Source of the DNA: Conidiobolus incongruus B7586 | Lineage: Eukaryota | NCBI GenBank assembly: GCA_000697335.1 | Contig: JNEM01006047.1 | Location: 1 to 44,798, forward strand | Direction of reading: 5' to 3' | DNA length: 44,798 nt | Shown here: piece after piece, positions 1 to 11,777 of the stretch | How the letters are laid out: every line of letters begins with the position of its first letter | Position numbering within the stretch: the stretch's first letter is position 1 | Notes under the pieces: model-generated | Told to the model about the DNA's origin: nothing | Databases searched by the model: none | Seen by the model: only the letters and a program-made list of their open reading frames with translations | Made by a program: the position numbers and the translations under genes

Positions 1-3000
1 TGATTCAGATATTATATTAATAATAAAAAAATATTTATTATAATTTTACAAAAATTTTAATTAATAATTTTAATTGATATAATAGAATAAATTAAAAATA
101 ATCATATATAATAAGATTATTTATTTTATATTATTAATATTTTATTTACTAAAATTAAACACCTTTTTATAATTAAGGAATAATATATTATTTCCTCAAT
201 TTTTATAATTATTTAAGGAATATTTAGAAATCATTTTTTATAACAAATTATTTGGAGGGATTAAGGAAGCTAAAACAATAATAATTGAATTCAAAGTAAA
301 ATTCTTGAATAAGTAATTAAAACTATATTTAACTAATATATATTATATGTTTCAATTCTTATAATATATAATCAACTATTTTTTTTAAAATCTGATTTAT
401 AATGATTTTAATTTAGTTTATTCAAATACTAAAAATATTTCAAAATATTACTTCCTTAACAAAATAATAGCTAAAACATATTTATATATAATCAATTAAT
501 TAAAAAAATAACTATAATTTAATTAAGAATATATCGGCAAATATTAAGCATTTAAATTATTATTGACCATAAGAATATATATCTTAATAACAATAATTTT
601 TTCATACATTTGGATATTTGAAATATTAAAAAAAGTTTTTATCATCTTTAATCATCAACTCCTCTGTGTAAATCATTTATACAACTTTAAAGTACTTATT
701 TCTTATATATATACTATAATCCAATTTTTAGCAATATTTACTTTAATTAATGCCGCGTTTATTGTTCTAAATATAATTATCAACTAACTGTTAATTTAAT
801 ATAGAAATTTTTGATTGAATATTTGGAGTAGTGATCGATAATAAAAAGCATGTTAATTGCTTATTTTCAATTGCATGTCACTCAATAATATTTCGAGTTA
901 ATCATATCTAACAAAGCATTGGCCAGTATAAAATTTTAACGAATTAATATAAATTTTTAAAAATTAACTCTATTAAATATTATTTGCTTTATTTATTCAA
1001 CAATTCAATGTAATTAATTAAAATATAATTAATAAAATTAATTACAAATTATGTTCAAATATAATATGATTATGATAATATTGAAATATTTGCATTATAT
1101 ATATAAGTATACTTATTAAAAATAATCTTAATATATTTAATTTTATTTAATAATTTATTTCATATAATATTTTCAAATGAAAATAAAATTCAATTATTAA
1201 AAATATATAAAATATCTTATTCAAATAAAAAATAATAATAAATATTAAAAAATTTTAGAGGATCTATGTTGTAACACTCTGTTGTTTACTGTTCCACAAG
1301 TTTTGGAATGGCTAAAAATGATATCGAGATTAGTGTTTTTAGTGGTCATTTTTAATCAAATGAAAAAAGAGTGTGATAAGATTAAAGATGAGTTGATATT
1401 ATGAAAAACTGTCAACTTCTGAGAGCACTTTATTTCCACCAAAATTTATACATATTTATATTATAAAAAATGCAACTAAAATATTAGTTGCCTTTATCAA
1501 AGCATTATCTATTAACATGAACATGCTTAAATATATGACTCATAACTACAACAATCTATATATTTCATTTAAAATATAATTGATTTATTGAAAAAACAAT
1601 AATATTTTGAATTCTTGAAATCATTCATAAAGTATTTAAAATAGTATATATTTATTATACTAAATTCCTAGGTATATATTGATATATAAATAATTTTTTT
1701 CAATTAACACAATATCACTATTGATTTATATTAATATAACTCTAATTTTATTTTTGTCAAAATAATATTTAAACCTTAAAGCTATGGAATTAATGATAAT
1801 TATTTGAAACTTAATTTATTTATATCAAGTTTTCATTTTATTAAAGTGGATAAATTTGATAAAAGAACTAAAAAAATTAATATTTCCATTTCTCCTATTT
1901 TAAACTATTACAGTTTTCGCCTAGTTCAAATAAACTAATCAATTTAATATATAAATTTTAGCATATAAATAACTGAAAAAGGATAAATATTATACATATT
2001 AAACAATCTCATAGTTTGAATTTACTAGTGGTATATAAATTCAAATTTTTACTATTTAGAAAATTATAAGTTATCACTCATATTTATATTATGTTTGTTA
2101 AATTTTAATAATTTTTATAAAAATAATTATTAATAGAAAATATGATTTTAAAAATAGTATTAAGTAATGTCAAATGATTATTATAAAATATATTCCATGG
2201 TTTTTTTTTCGTGGATATACCTCGAAATAAATCATTTTTAGTATCATATATAACTGACAAAATTAATTCAATTTAGTTATTAATATTATTTTTTTAAACC
2301 GTTTTTAGGAATTGGAATTTATTTTAGAGATTCGAATTGAATTGAATTCAATTAAGATCAATTAGAATTTTTACTCATAAGAACTTGGTTCATTTTATCA
2401 TATTTTTGATTATCACCATTTTATGATGAAATCTATATATATCAAATATTTAAATGAAAAGATTAAACATTAGAAATTATTATACTAATCAAAGAGGTGA
2501 ACTTCTTAATCTTGATGATTTAGTGTATTGAATATTTTTAAGTCATTTAATTCAGAATAGTAATATTTTCAATTGTGATTAACCAAATTATAATATTATT
2601 CACTTCTAATAAAATGAATTCAAAAGCAATTTTAAATTAATTAAATTAATAATTTTTATCAAGTGTTGATTACAGATATTAATATTTTAATTATTAACTA
2701 TTCTTTAAACTAAAATTAATATTTGAAAGTATTATGAAAGTATTATGAAAGAATTATTTCACTTAGATAAACTGAATCTAATCGAATATTAACTTATTTT
2801 CATTATAAATTCAAAATTAAATACATCACACACTATACACACTATGTCATATAAACGCAAATTTTGTGTTATTGGTTAACTAATATATAGTTATTGAATA
2901 TTTTATATTACTGATTATAATAATATATAATAAATGTGAATAAAATAATATTCTTGTAGACTAGTGATGACATCATTAAATAATATCAAATTACTAATTA

Positions 3001-3253
3001 AATTAATTAAAATAGGAGCTAAAATGAAATATTATTGCTAGAATTATAATTTACCTTATGATAAAGAAACGGGAATCCAAGGGAGAATAGATATTAATCA
3101 ATCAAAGATTTATTTAAGCTATTAAAAGATTATGATTGGGTTGGTTAATTGTTCCAGATAGCAAAATAACAAGAATGGTACAGAAAAATGATCATTTGCA
3201 TTGAATGAATCAAATTGAGTAGAATCAATTTAAGCATTGTATATACGAGAAAA

Positions 3254-5536
3254 TTATTGGAATAAAATTTCGTGGAACTTGGGAAGGGGCCAGTGCTTGT
3301 CAGCAACGACGTTTTCGAGTTCGTCAGCAGCGGTACGGATGCTAGTGAGGAGAGGAATGATTTCCTTGGCAGCAATTTCAGCTTCTTGTTCGGGTTCACC
3401 AGCGTGATGAACCTTTTCAATGGCTTGAGAAAGTTTTTCGGTATCATCCAAAAGAGCCTTGAAGGCCTTGGAGGTTTGTTCAAGGACACGAGCTTCGGGT
3501 TCGCTGTCAGCACCAGCAGCCTTGAGAGCAGCTAAGCCTTCAGCAATTGTCTTACGGTGCTCAACGACAGCGGGAACAACGTGTTGCTTAACGAGAGTGA
3601 CCAAGGTATCGGCTTCGACCAAGACATCCTTAGCATACTTCTCAACTAAAATGTGATAACGAGAGTTCAATTCGGTTTCAGAGAAGATACCGTTTTGAGG
3701 ATCAGTCAACATAGCCTTATTCTTGGGTTCTAAGAGTTGTTTGAAGGCTTCAAGAGAAGTCTTGATATTCAAAAGTCCTCGTTCAGCAGCAAGCTTAGCC
3801 CAGTCTTCAGAGTAGTTGTCACCTTCGAAGCGAACAGGCTTGGTCTTGGCAATGTATTCACGGATGACGGCAATCTTGTCTTCATCATTGATGTATTGCT
3901 TGTCACCCTTTTGCTTAAGGAGAGATTGGGTGATTTCGCGGAGGGAAGAAGCAACAGCAGCGTTCAAGATAGCAACAGGGAAGGAAGGTGTTTGCTTAGA
4001 GCCGACAGCACGGAATTCGAATTTGTTACCAGTGAAAGCGAAAGGAGAAGTACGGTTACGATCAGTCAAATCACGATCGATGTGAGGCAAAGTGGGAACC
4101 TTAAGATCCAAAATGGTACCACCGAGTTTAATAGTTTGAAGAGAAGGTTGAGAGAAAGTCTTGAGGGGACGATTCTCTTCAATAGAGTTCAAAACTTCAG
4201 AGATATGGTCACCCAAGAAGACGGAAATAATGCCAGGAGGAGCTTCTTGAGCACCAAGACGGTGATCGTTAGAGGCGGAAGCAATGGAGGCGCGGAGAAG
4301 ACCACCGTACTTGTGGACAGCGTTCAAGACAGCAAGAACGAAGATCAAGAAACGGTAGTTGGTTTCAGGTCGGACAGTAGGGTCCAACAAGTTGGTACCA
4401 CGGTCAGTAGACAAGGACCAATTACAGTGCTTACCAGAACCGTTAATACCAGCGAAAGGCTTTTCGTGATATAAGACGCTTAATCCCTTCTTGTGAGCAA
4501 CCTTGTGGATGACATCCATGGTGAGTAAGTTGTGATCAACAGCAATACCAGCTTCTTCGAAAATAGGAGCAATTTCGAATTGAGCAGGGGCAACTTCGTT
4601 GTGTCTGGTCTTGACAGGGACACCCAACTTGTATAAGGCGGTTTCAGCTTCGCTGATAGTTTCTAAAACACGAGCAGGAAGCTTGCCGAAGTAGTGGTCT
4701 TCCATCTGTTGATGCTTAGGAGGCAAGACACCCAAAAGGGCACGTCCAGTGATCTTAAGATCAGGACGAAGAGTGAAAAGAGAGCGATCGACTAAGAAGA
4801 ATTCTTGTTCAGTACCCAAGGTGGCAAAGACACGAGAGGTAACAGGAGGAGCTCCAGGGGGAGAGGGTTCTAAAATGGAAAGAAGGTCGACAGCAGCTCT
4901 GTTGACAGTTTCATTGGATCTGAGTAAGACGGTCTTTTGATCTAAAGCATCACCATTATATGAAATATAGACTGAAGGAATATACAAGATGCTAGTGTTG
5001 TTGGGAGCAGGTAAAAGGAACATAGGACTGGTAGTATCCCAAATAGTGTAACCACGAGCTTCGAAAGTGGATCTAATACCACCGTTGGGGAAACTGGAAG
5101 CATCAGGTTCAGATTGCAATAACTGAGATCCAGAGAAAGCATCCAAGGGAGTGATATCTTCGTATCCAGCGCTAAAAGTGCTCTTTAATGTTAAGAAAGA
5201 GTCATGCTTTTCGGCAGTGGAGTCAGTTTGAGGCTGGAACCAGTGAGTGAAATGGGTGGCACCTCTTTCTTGGGCCCAAATTCTAACGGCATGAGCAATA
5301 GCATCGGCAGTTACCTTATCAAGGGTGGAACGACCTTTAAGCTGTTTAATGAAGCTAGTGAAAATAGGCTTGGGTAAAGCCTTGGCCATGGCCTTCAAGT
5401 TGAAAACATATGCACCAAAGTCTTCAGAAGGAGTGGGGTTGTTGAGTGAGTTAAGATCATGGTCAGGAACGGATTGAGCTTCCTTATGGACTTGTTCTAA
5501 TAAACTAGCAGAACGAGCAGATACTGGGATAGTCAT
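3254..5536 (-). CDS. glnN: Glutamine synthetase type III (GSIII/GlnN-type), 760 aa, intronless CDS
   Basis: GSIII signature motifs: GATHFTHWFQP, AEKHDSF, EPDASSFPNGGIRSTFEARGYT, GTEQEFFL, KTRHNEVAPAQFE, HEKPFAGINGSGKHCNWS, NDHRLGAQEAPP, DRNRTSPFAFTGNKFEFRAVGS, terminal WPLP. Length is typical of GSIII. Confidence 0.95.
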   Translation of the reverse strand: MTIPVSARSASLLEQVHKEAQSVPDHDLNSLNNPTPSEDFGAYVFNLKAMAKALPKPIFTSFIKQLKGRSTLDKVTADAIAHAVRIWAQERGATHFTHWFQPQTDSTAEKHDSFLTLKSTFSAGYEDITPLDAFSGSQLLQSEPDASSFPNGGIRSTFEARGYTIWDTTSPMFLLPAPNNTSILYIPSVYISYNGDALDQKTVLLRSNETVNRAAVDLLSILEPSPPGAPPVTSRVFATLGTEQEFFLVDRSLFTLRPDLKITGRALLGVLPPKHQQMEDHYFGKLPARVLETISEAETALYKLGVPVKTRHNEVAPAQFEIAPIFEEAGIAVDHNLLTMDVIHKVAHKKGLSVLYHEKPFAGINGSGKHCNWSLSTDRGTNLLDPTVRPETNYRFLIFVLAVLNAVHKYGGLLRASIASASNDHRLGAQEAPPGIISVFLGDHISEVLNSIEENRPLKTFSQPSLQTIKLGGTILDLKVPTLPHIDRDLTDRNRTSPFAFTGNKFEFRAVGSKQTPSFPVAILNAAVASSLREITQSLLKQKGDKQYINDEDKIAVIREYIAKTKPVRFEGDNYSEDWAKLAAERGLLNIKTSLEAFKQLLEPKNKAMLTDPQNGIFSETELNSRYHILVEKYAKDVLVEADTLVTLVKQHVVPAVVEHRKTIAEGLAALKAAGADSEPEARVLEQTSKAFKALLDDTEKLSQAIEKVHHAGEPEQEAEIAAKEIIPLLTSIRTAADELENVVADKHWPLPKFHEILFQ

Positions 5537-5605
5537 GTTGTGAATCTAGGATAATAAAGATAAATTCAAGTGGATAGTGTTGATACAGGAGTTACTGACA
5601 GGAGT

Positions 5606-5664
5606 CTAAAAATTAAGATTAAGATATGAATTCAGGGCTATATAAATGCAATGATACTACTTAC
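5606..5664 (-). other. Putative 59-nt intron in the 5' UTR of the GSIII gene
   Basis: Minus strand reads GTAAGT (from 5664) ... TTTTTAG (to 5606), the same size and consensus as coding introns in this window. An in-frame TAG just upstream of the ATG argues against a coding extension. Confidence 0.5.
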
Positions 5665-8422
5665 AATTGGCTGATTGTCAATAAGAGATAATTATGGTAT
5701 TGATTGATTAATATCAACAAAACAGATGAAAATTTAAGGGTATACTTGTGAATTCGATTGTTTAAATAACTGACTTACGTCAACCAAATTGACCCAGCTT
5801 TTTGTTGCACTGTCATTAAATCTCATCTATGCATCAATCTAAAATTAGTGTATGAGAAAATCCAAGTTATTAAACTATTGGCAGACGACTTCTCAAGTAC
5901 CAATAAGATGGATTTGTTTTGATTACAGCCCATTTTCAGAATGGGAAAACCAGAATTCACACGATATGAATGACATAAATGGAAAGATAAGCCCTCCCTT
6001 AAAGATAACGGAAAATGTTATTATTGGACACTACTCAAAATTTATACATCAATTAAACTCAGATATATTTAATCATCTTTAACCTCTGAACAAACATTAA
6101 ACTTATAAAGTCTAGTGACAGTTTCATTTAATCAATATTTTAAGAATTCCTTATGAAAATGAAAAAACGTAACATTAAACAATGTATTAGTAATGATTAA
6201 TACATTGATTAAAATAATCAATTCCTTACAATAGATTAATTCATAATAAAAAAATTATAGTCTAAAAATATTTTCAACTATAATAGTCAAAAATTAGCCA
6301 TCAGTTACAAGTAAAGATAAGAAATCTTTTTATTACTTGATATAGAATATGTAAAAATTAGTATCAGTGAAATTTGCACATGTTATATCCACTATATCCA
6401 ATAAAATGGATGATGAATAATATTAACAGTCATTAATAACTTTATGAACAGTTTAAATAATAACCTAATCTATAATTAAAACATTGAAAAAAAATAATAT
6501 TAATCAATTTCTTATAGATCATGGATCCCATATCACCCTTTATTGAGCACATATGATTTCAATATGATTTTCATCTGATTAATTTAGACATTTGGAATGT
6601 CCATTCTATTACATTTCCTATCTAAAAGTAGTCACAAGTAACCTTTTTTCAATTTATCAATTACTATGAAGCTGTTATCATACATTTCAGACCATTTCTG
6701 CCGATTTATTCCTAAAGATCAATTCAAACCATAATTAGTTATAGGTAAAAATTTCTGTCAATTTAAAATACCTAGCCAAAGTCATATGAACGTTAAGCAT
6801 TTAAAAAATTAAGAAATAAGTGATTTATTATTACTGATTATACAATTGATTAATCAAATATAATATAGATGGAAATCTAAATAATTTTCAAATTCAAATA
6901 TATTTTTCTATCTATTTGATGTAATTATAACATTAGATCCTCAAAAATATCCGTATTAATAGCGCAATATGAAAATATACTAAATTCATTAATATCCGCT
7001 TTAATCATCCGTGTCAATTTTATCAATCAATTAAATTTCAAAAAAAAAACCAAGATAATTAAACACTAATATAGTATTAATATAAGCATCAATATAATAT
7101 ATTAAAATAAAATTAACGATATACTAAGAGTATGTGTTAATTATCATAATAATCCAATTTTAAACGTGGTAATATTTGCCAATAGTTTTAAATTTAATCA
7201 TTATTGGTCATTCAAATCTTGATTTAGGTAATTTCATGAATTATATAACTATTAAAAAATAATGTCAAATCATATGAATTTTTATATTAACTTTTTTAAT
7301 GGGCTATAAATAGTTATATGTGATTATGTACTGTTGAATGTAATCTAATATGAGTATTTGTAATAAATTTTAATACTGTATAATAAGCTTAATTAATGTT
7401 GTATAGTTTATTACAAAATTATAAAAAACATAATAATTTAATATATTCAAACAAACTGTAATAAATAATTCTAATCATAATAAAACAATGGATTTTGAAG
7501 TTAATTAAATATCAATTCTATAAATATCATTATAAAAATTTAGTAAATATCATCTTTGAATTTTTTTAATAACATACATTTTTATTGGATTATTAGTTAT
7601 AATATAATTCAGTAGTATTAATGTGATTTAAATAATTTGACAGCAATTATTGGTTAAAAGTTTTAATATTATGATTTACAGTTTTTCAAAAAGTTAATTT
7701 ATATTAAATTTGATTTAACCTTTGCTATCTATTAATCATATATTTATAAAATTTTAATATATTATTACTAAATAATTAATTATTTTAAAACTATTTATCA
7801 AAACATAATATTGGTTTTTTTTGAATTATAAGTACTAATCTATTCTCAAAAATATCATCAGCTGACTCTCAAAGTTTCGTAAACATTTTCGAATATTAAT
7901 AATAATGGGTTTGTAAATGTTATTTTGGTAGAAGAATGATTTGGTTTACAGACCTGATGTTTTTATTGATATATGAATCAGATTCAATCATTTGATTTTA
8001 ATCATTTAAATAATCAGAATAGACTATATATGATCTTTTGATAGCCATATATACATACATATATATATATATATTGTATTGAATTAATCATTAATAGTTT
8101 AAAACCAGAACTTTCAAATTGAATTGACCAAGTTTTGCAATTAATTAGAGTCCCACATTAATGTCCAAAGTAGTAATATAAGTACTGATGTTATATTTCA
8201 GAATAGAGTAATAATAAAAATTTGAATAATATGTTAACATTTTGGAATTTCATAATTAATATATTTTGAATTAATATACTCAATATTTCTTCATTAATAA
8301 ATATTTGTATTTATATAATTTTCAAATATGTTGTTATAATTCTGAATAATATTGATTATAATTATTATTAAACCTTTGATTGATTTAAGCATAAATTATA
8401 TTTTTATGTTGATATTGAACTT

Positions 8423-8826
8423 TGTCATAATATGAGGCAATACACCTTTTCCATTCCCTAGACGTCATACCCTAACGTAGAAGCCATGACTAGTAGATAC
8501 CACAAATTCTCACTTTAATAGAATTTCTCTCCTGCTTTGATTTCTATTTGTCTAATAATTATCCTTTCTCCATCCTACCTTTTTTGTTCCATTTACCTAT
8601 AATAGGCCTTGTATCATTTGCCACTAATAAATTATCCATTCTACTTCGCACGGATCTACATGTTCCATATCTTACTCAACCTTATGATGATACATTAGCT
8701 GCTGTTATCGCGCGAGGGCTTGTCGAGCATGCTCCTCTCTTCATTAGCTTATTTCTGAGGGTCATTACAGCTCGCATTGCTCAGGAAATAATTGCCGTAG
8801 CTCTTCGAGAGCTCACGTTGACGACA
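8423..8826. mobile_element. Probable solo LTR of an LTR retrotransposon (404 bp)
   Basis: GC-richer island with sharp edges. Begins TGTCATAA and ends TGACGACA (TG...CA, terminal inverted repeat TGTC/GACA, 6/8 match). Flanks AACTT (8418-8422) and AATTT (8827-8831) fit a 5-bp TSD with one mismatch. Internal TATAAT and AATAAA on +. Confidence 0.7.
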
Positions 8827-9487
8827 AATTTGAAATATTATTTATTTTTATTAAATTTGACAGAAGTATTTAAGGATATAGTTAAAATTACCTAAATAAA
8901 CAACATTAGTCAAAAATCATTGAAAATCCTATTATTTAACTATTATGAAATTAAACTATAATTTAAGATTTATAATTGATTATAATATTTAAATTTATTA
9001 ATTTGATTCATTTTGTCAGCCATTTAAAAATATTGGAAGAATTCAAACCATCGATATAAATAATAGATAGTGCTATTATTTTGTAATTATGCTATCAAAT
9101 ATTTAATATCAAAATATTTATGCTTTATCAATGATATCAATATTTTACCATCATTTAAATAATGGTGTATAGTTCAATATTTATAGTAATAAAAATTATT
9201 TTTAAACCTTATTCATAATTTTTAATATATTATATCTTAAAATTTATTAATTGATTATTCTTATATTAAATGTAAAATTTTTATAAGCTATTTTTAAACA
9301 AATTTAATAGACTTTTTTTAAGACCTAATAATGACCCATAATTTTAAAGTGACTCGTTTTCAAAACCTTAAAATTATAAATGAATTTATTTTTAATTTGA
9401 TTAGTTAAAATACATTTAAAATTAATTTCAATAAAAATTGATAAAAAACACATATATATAATATAGTTAATTCATTATAATACTACT

Positions 9488-10861
9488 ATGGAAAGTGCAC
9501 CATTACTCAATAATCCTTCGCCCAATCGTAACAACAATTGGATCTTATACCATCCCAATTTAAATGTTATCGAATTTGTAACCTATCTCCTAAGCGTGTT
9601 CTTTCCCATCGCTTTTATCGTATTCTTATCGTCGGCTCAGCCATATGTGCTCATTGATATCTTGGGGAAAAAAGATGACTTGGGGAAGTATACCACTTAC
9701 TTAGGACTAGCCGACCAGTTGGTGAGCTTAGTTATGGTGAATGTGTGGGGGTTGGTCAGTGACAGGATTGGTAGACGATTTGTATTTGTTATAGGATTTG
9801 TATTGACTGGTATTTCGATTTTGATATTTCCTTTCAGTGGAAATATTATTCCTCAGCTAATCATTGGTCGAATGGTATTTGGGTTAGGTACTTCTGCAAC
9901 TCTTTCAATGGTGACTGCTGGATTAGCAGATATCCGAGGTGAGAATCACTCTGGAAAATTGTCAGGGTTAGTTGGGATGGTGAGTGGATTTGGTGCTTTA
10001 TTTGGAGTGGTTATATTATTGCCCATTATTCCTTGGTTTCAGTTGAAATATGATATTATTCCAAGTATTCGCTATGGTTTTGTGATAGTAGGTAGCTTGA
10101 GTATTGTTTGGGCATTAGTTGTTTTGTTTTTGTATCGTAAGGAAGATTCTCAACCTTCTACAAGTCAAGTTCCCAATTTACTTGATTTGAAATCGCAGTT
10201 GAAGAGATGGTTATATGCACTAAAACTGGGATTCAAAAGGCCTCTTGTTGGTTTAGGCTATCTGAGTGGATTAGCTGCTAGGGGTGATTCACTCATATTG
10301 ACCGTGTTTATTACGCTTTGGGTAAGGACTTGGTTTGAAAATCAGGGCTTATGTACCCCAGTACCTGGCAACGATCCTGAGACTGTTAAAAGAAACTGTA
10401 GGGAAGCGTTTAAATTGGCTTCCATTTTGGGTGGTGTTGGACAGATGTTTGCATTATTGGCAGCTCCTGTATTTGGTTATCTTTTAGACAGAATCCCCAG
10501 TGTCAATGTATTGCTTTACTCATGCATTGTTAGTTGTATAGGATATTTCGGCTTGGGTAATCAAACCAATCCAACCGATAAAGCTACTTTGTTCTATATC
10601 TGCTTAATTGGATTAACTGAAATTGGTACCATAGTGACAAGTTTAAAAGTATTGAGTGACAGCGATAAAGTAGATAAATATCAAAGAGGCAATGTAGGAG
10701 GAGTGTATTCTTTTTTTGGAAGTCTCGGAATTATACTTGGAGTGACACTGGGAGGGTATTTATTTGACCATGTTGGCGCAACTAGTCCCTTTTATTTGGT
10801 AGGATGTGCACATGTCATATTATCTATATTATCCTTTATATCAATTATTTGTAAAATTTAA
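9488..10861 (+). CDS. Major facilitator superfamily transporter, 457 aa, intronless
   Basis: About 12 hydrophobic segments; MFS motif A WGLVSDRIGRR and its second-half echo FGYLLDRIP; C-terminal GGYLFD. Confidence 0.92.
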   Translation: MESAPLLNNPSPNRNNNWILYHPNLNVIEFVTYLLSVFFPIAFIVFLSSAQPYVLIDILGKKDDLGKYTTYLGLADQLVSLVMVNVWGLVSDRIGRRFVFVIGFVLTGISILIFPFSGNIIPQLIIGRMVFGLGTSATLSMVTAGLADIRGENHSGKLSGLVGMVSGFGALFGVVILLPIIPWFQLKYDIIPSIRYGFVIVGSLSIVWALVVLFLYRKEDSQPSTSQVPNLLDLKSQLKRWLYALKLGFKRPLVGLGYLSGLAARGDSLILTVFITLWVRTWFENQGLCTPVPGNDPETVKRNCREAFKLASILGGVGQMFALLAAPVFGYLLDRIPSVNVLLYSCIVSCIGYFGLGNQTNPTDKATLFYICLIGLTEIGTIVTSLKVLSDSDKVDKYQRGNVGGVYSFFGSLGIILGVTLGGYLFDHVGATSPFYLVGCAHVILSILSFISIICKI

Positions 10862-10887
10862 TTAAAAATATAAATAAATAAACTTTA

Positions 10888-11777
10888 TTATTGATTATAG
10901 CAAATAATTAAATGATATGGATTAAGAGCTAAACAAAATAAATCTTCAATACTGTTACTCAATTGCTTTTTAGTAATGGGTATTTTGAGGTTTTGCTTAA
11001 TATCATATTTGAGTAACTTCAAATTGGGTGAATATTTTATTTCTAATTCCTATAATTAATCAATATTGGTAAATGCTGGTTATATATTATATATTATATA
11101 TTATATATTATTTTGTACCTCTTTGACTTTAGTTAATAAACTGATAAAAGGCTCTGATTGTTGAATTGCAATACTTCCTATTGGTTCAATATTTTGGTTC
11201 TGTTGAGAAAATATTATGATTTCTATCTTTTTAATAATGGGAATTGGGGCTTGTATTGTTTGCACAACTGGCTGCACTTGAGGTTTGGCGGTAGGCTGCT
11301 TAGGTTTTTCACTGTCTGGATTGAATACAGCATCCTCAGGAAGTCCCCATACTTTACTGAGGTCAGGCTCTGCTAAATAAGTCGGGGTGAATTTTATTTT
11401 TTTATCGAGAGGTTCTTCAGAACTGTTCGTAGGAGTTAATTTGAAATTGGTTACCTTATCTAATATATGATTAGTTAATTATTCAATATTGATTAGGTTA
11501 AAATACCTTTGAATAACTGCTGAATAGCTTCACTACTTGCTAATTCTACTGGAGTCTGACCCTTGTCATTAGTTAAATTAGGATTACTTCCATTGGCTAA
11601 GAGGTATTGAACAACTGGAAGATGATTTCGTTTGACTGCCCAGTGTAAAGGAGTCCATTTATTCATAGGATGCTGACAATTGGGATTGACACCTCCTGCA
11701 ATGTATTGAGCAACTGCTTTTAAATTGCCTAATGAGCTTACTTCTAATAGGTTGGATTCTCTTTGATCAATTGACAT
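10888..11777 (-). CDS. Ankyrin-repeat protein, ANKRD40-like; exons 11777-11507, 11459-11119, 11049-10888 (257 aa)
   Basis: N-terminal ankyrin repeats (WTPLHWAVKRNH, GQTPVELA). Two GT-AG introns keep the frame; exon 2 has FTPTYLAEPDL, resembling the FxPxYL motif of ANKRD40. Confidence 0.8.

Noticed and set aside
563..787. 74-aa ORF
   Set aside because: TTG start and an I/F/N/L-rich translation of AT-rich intergenic DNA.
2725..2757. Short tandem repeat (GAAAGTATTAT x about 3)
   Set aside because: Ordinary slippage duplication, not a CRISPR-like array.
3145..5142. Multiple antisense and alternate-frame ORFs over the GSIII gene
   Set aside because: Expected shadows of strong codon bias; no independent motifs.
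5852..6082. 76-aa ORF divergent from GSIII
   Set aside because: No recognisable motif; lies in the presumed promoter.
8469..8476. ACCCTAAC as a telomerase RNA template
   Set aside because: It lies inside an element better explained as a solo LTR; no supporting pseudoknot identified.
8548..8895. 115-aa ORF
   Set aside because: TTG start, crosses the LTR boundary into AT-rich flank, no motif.
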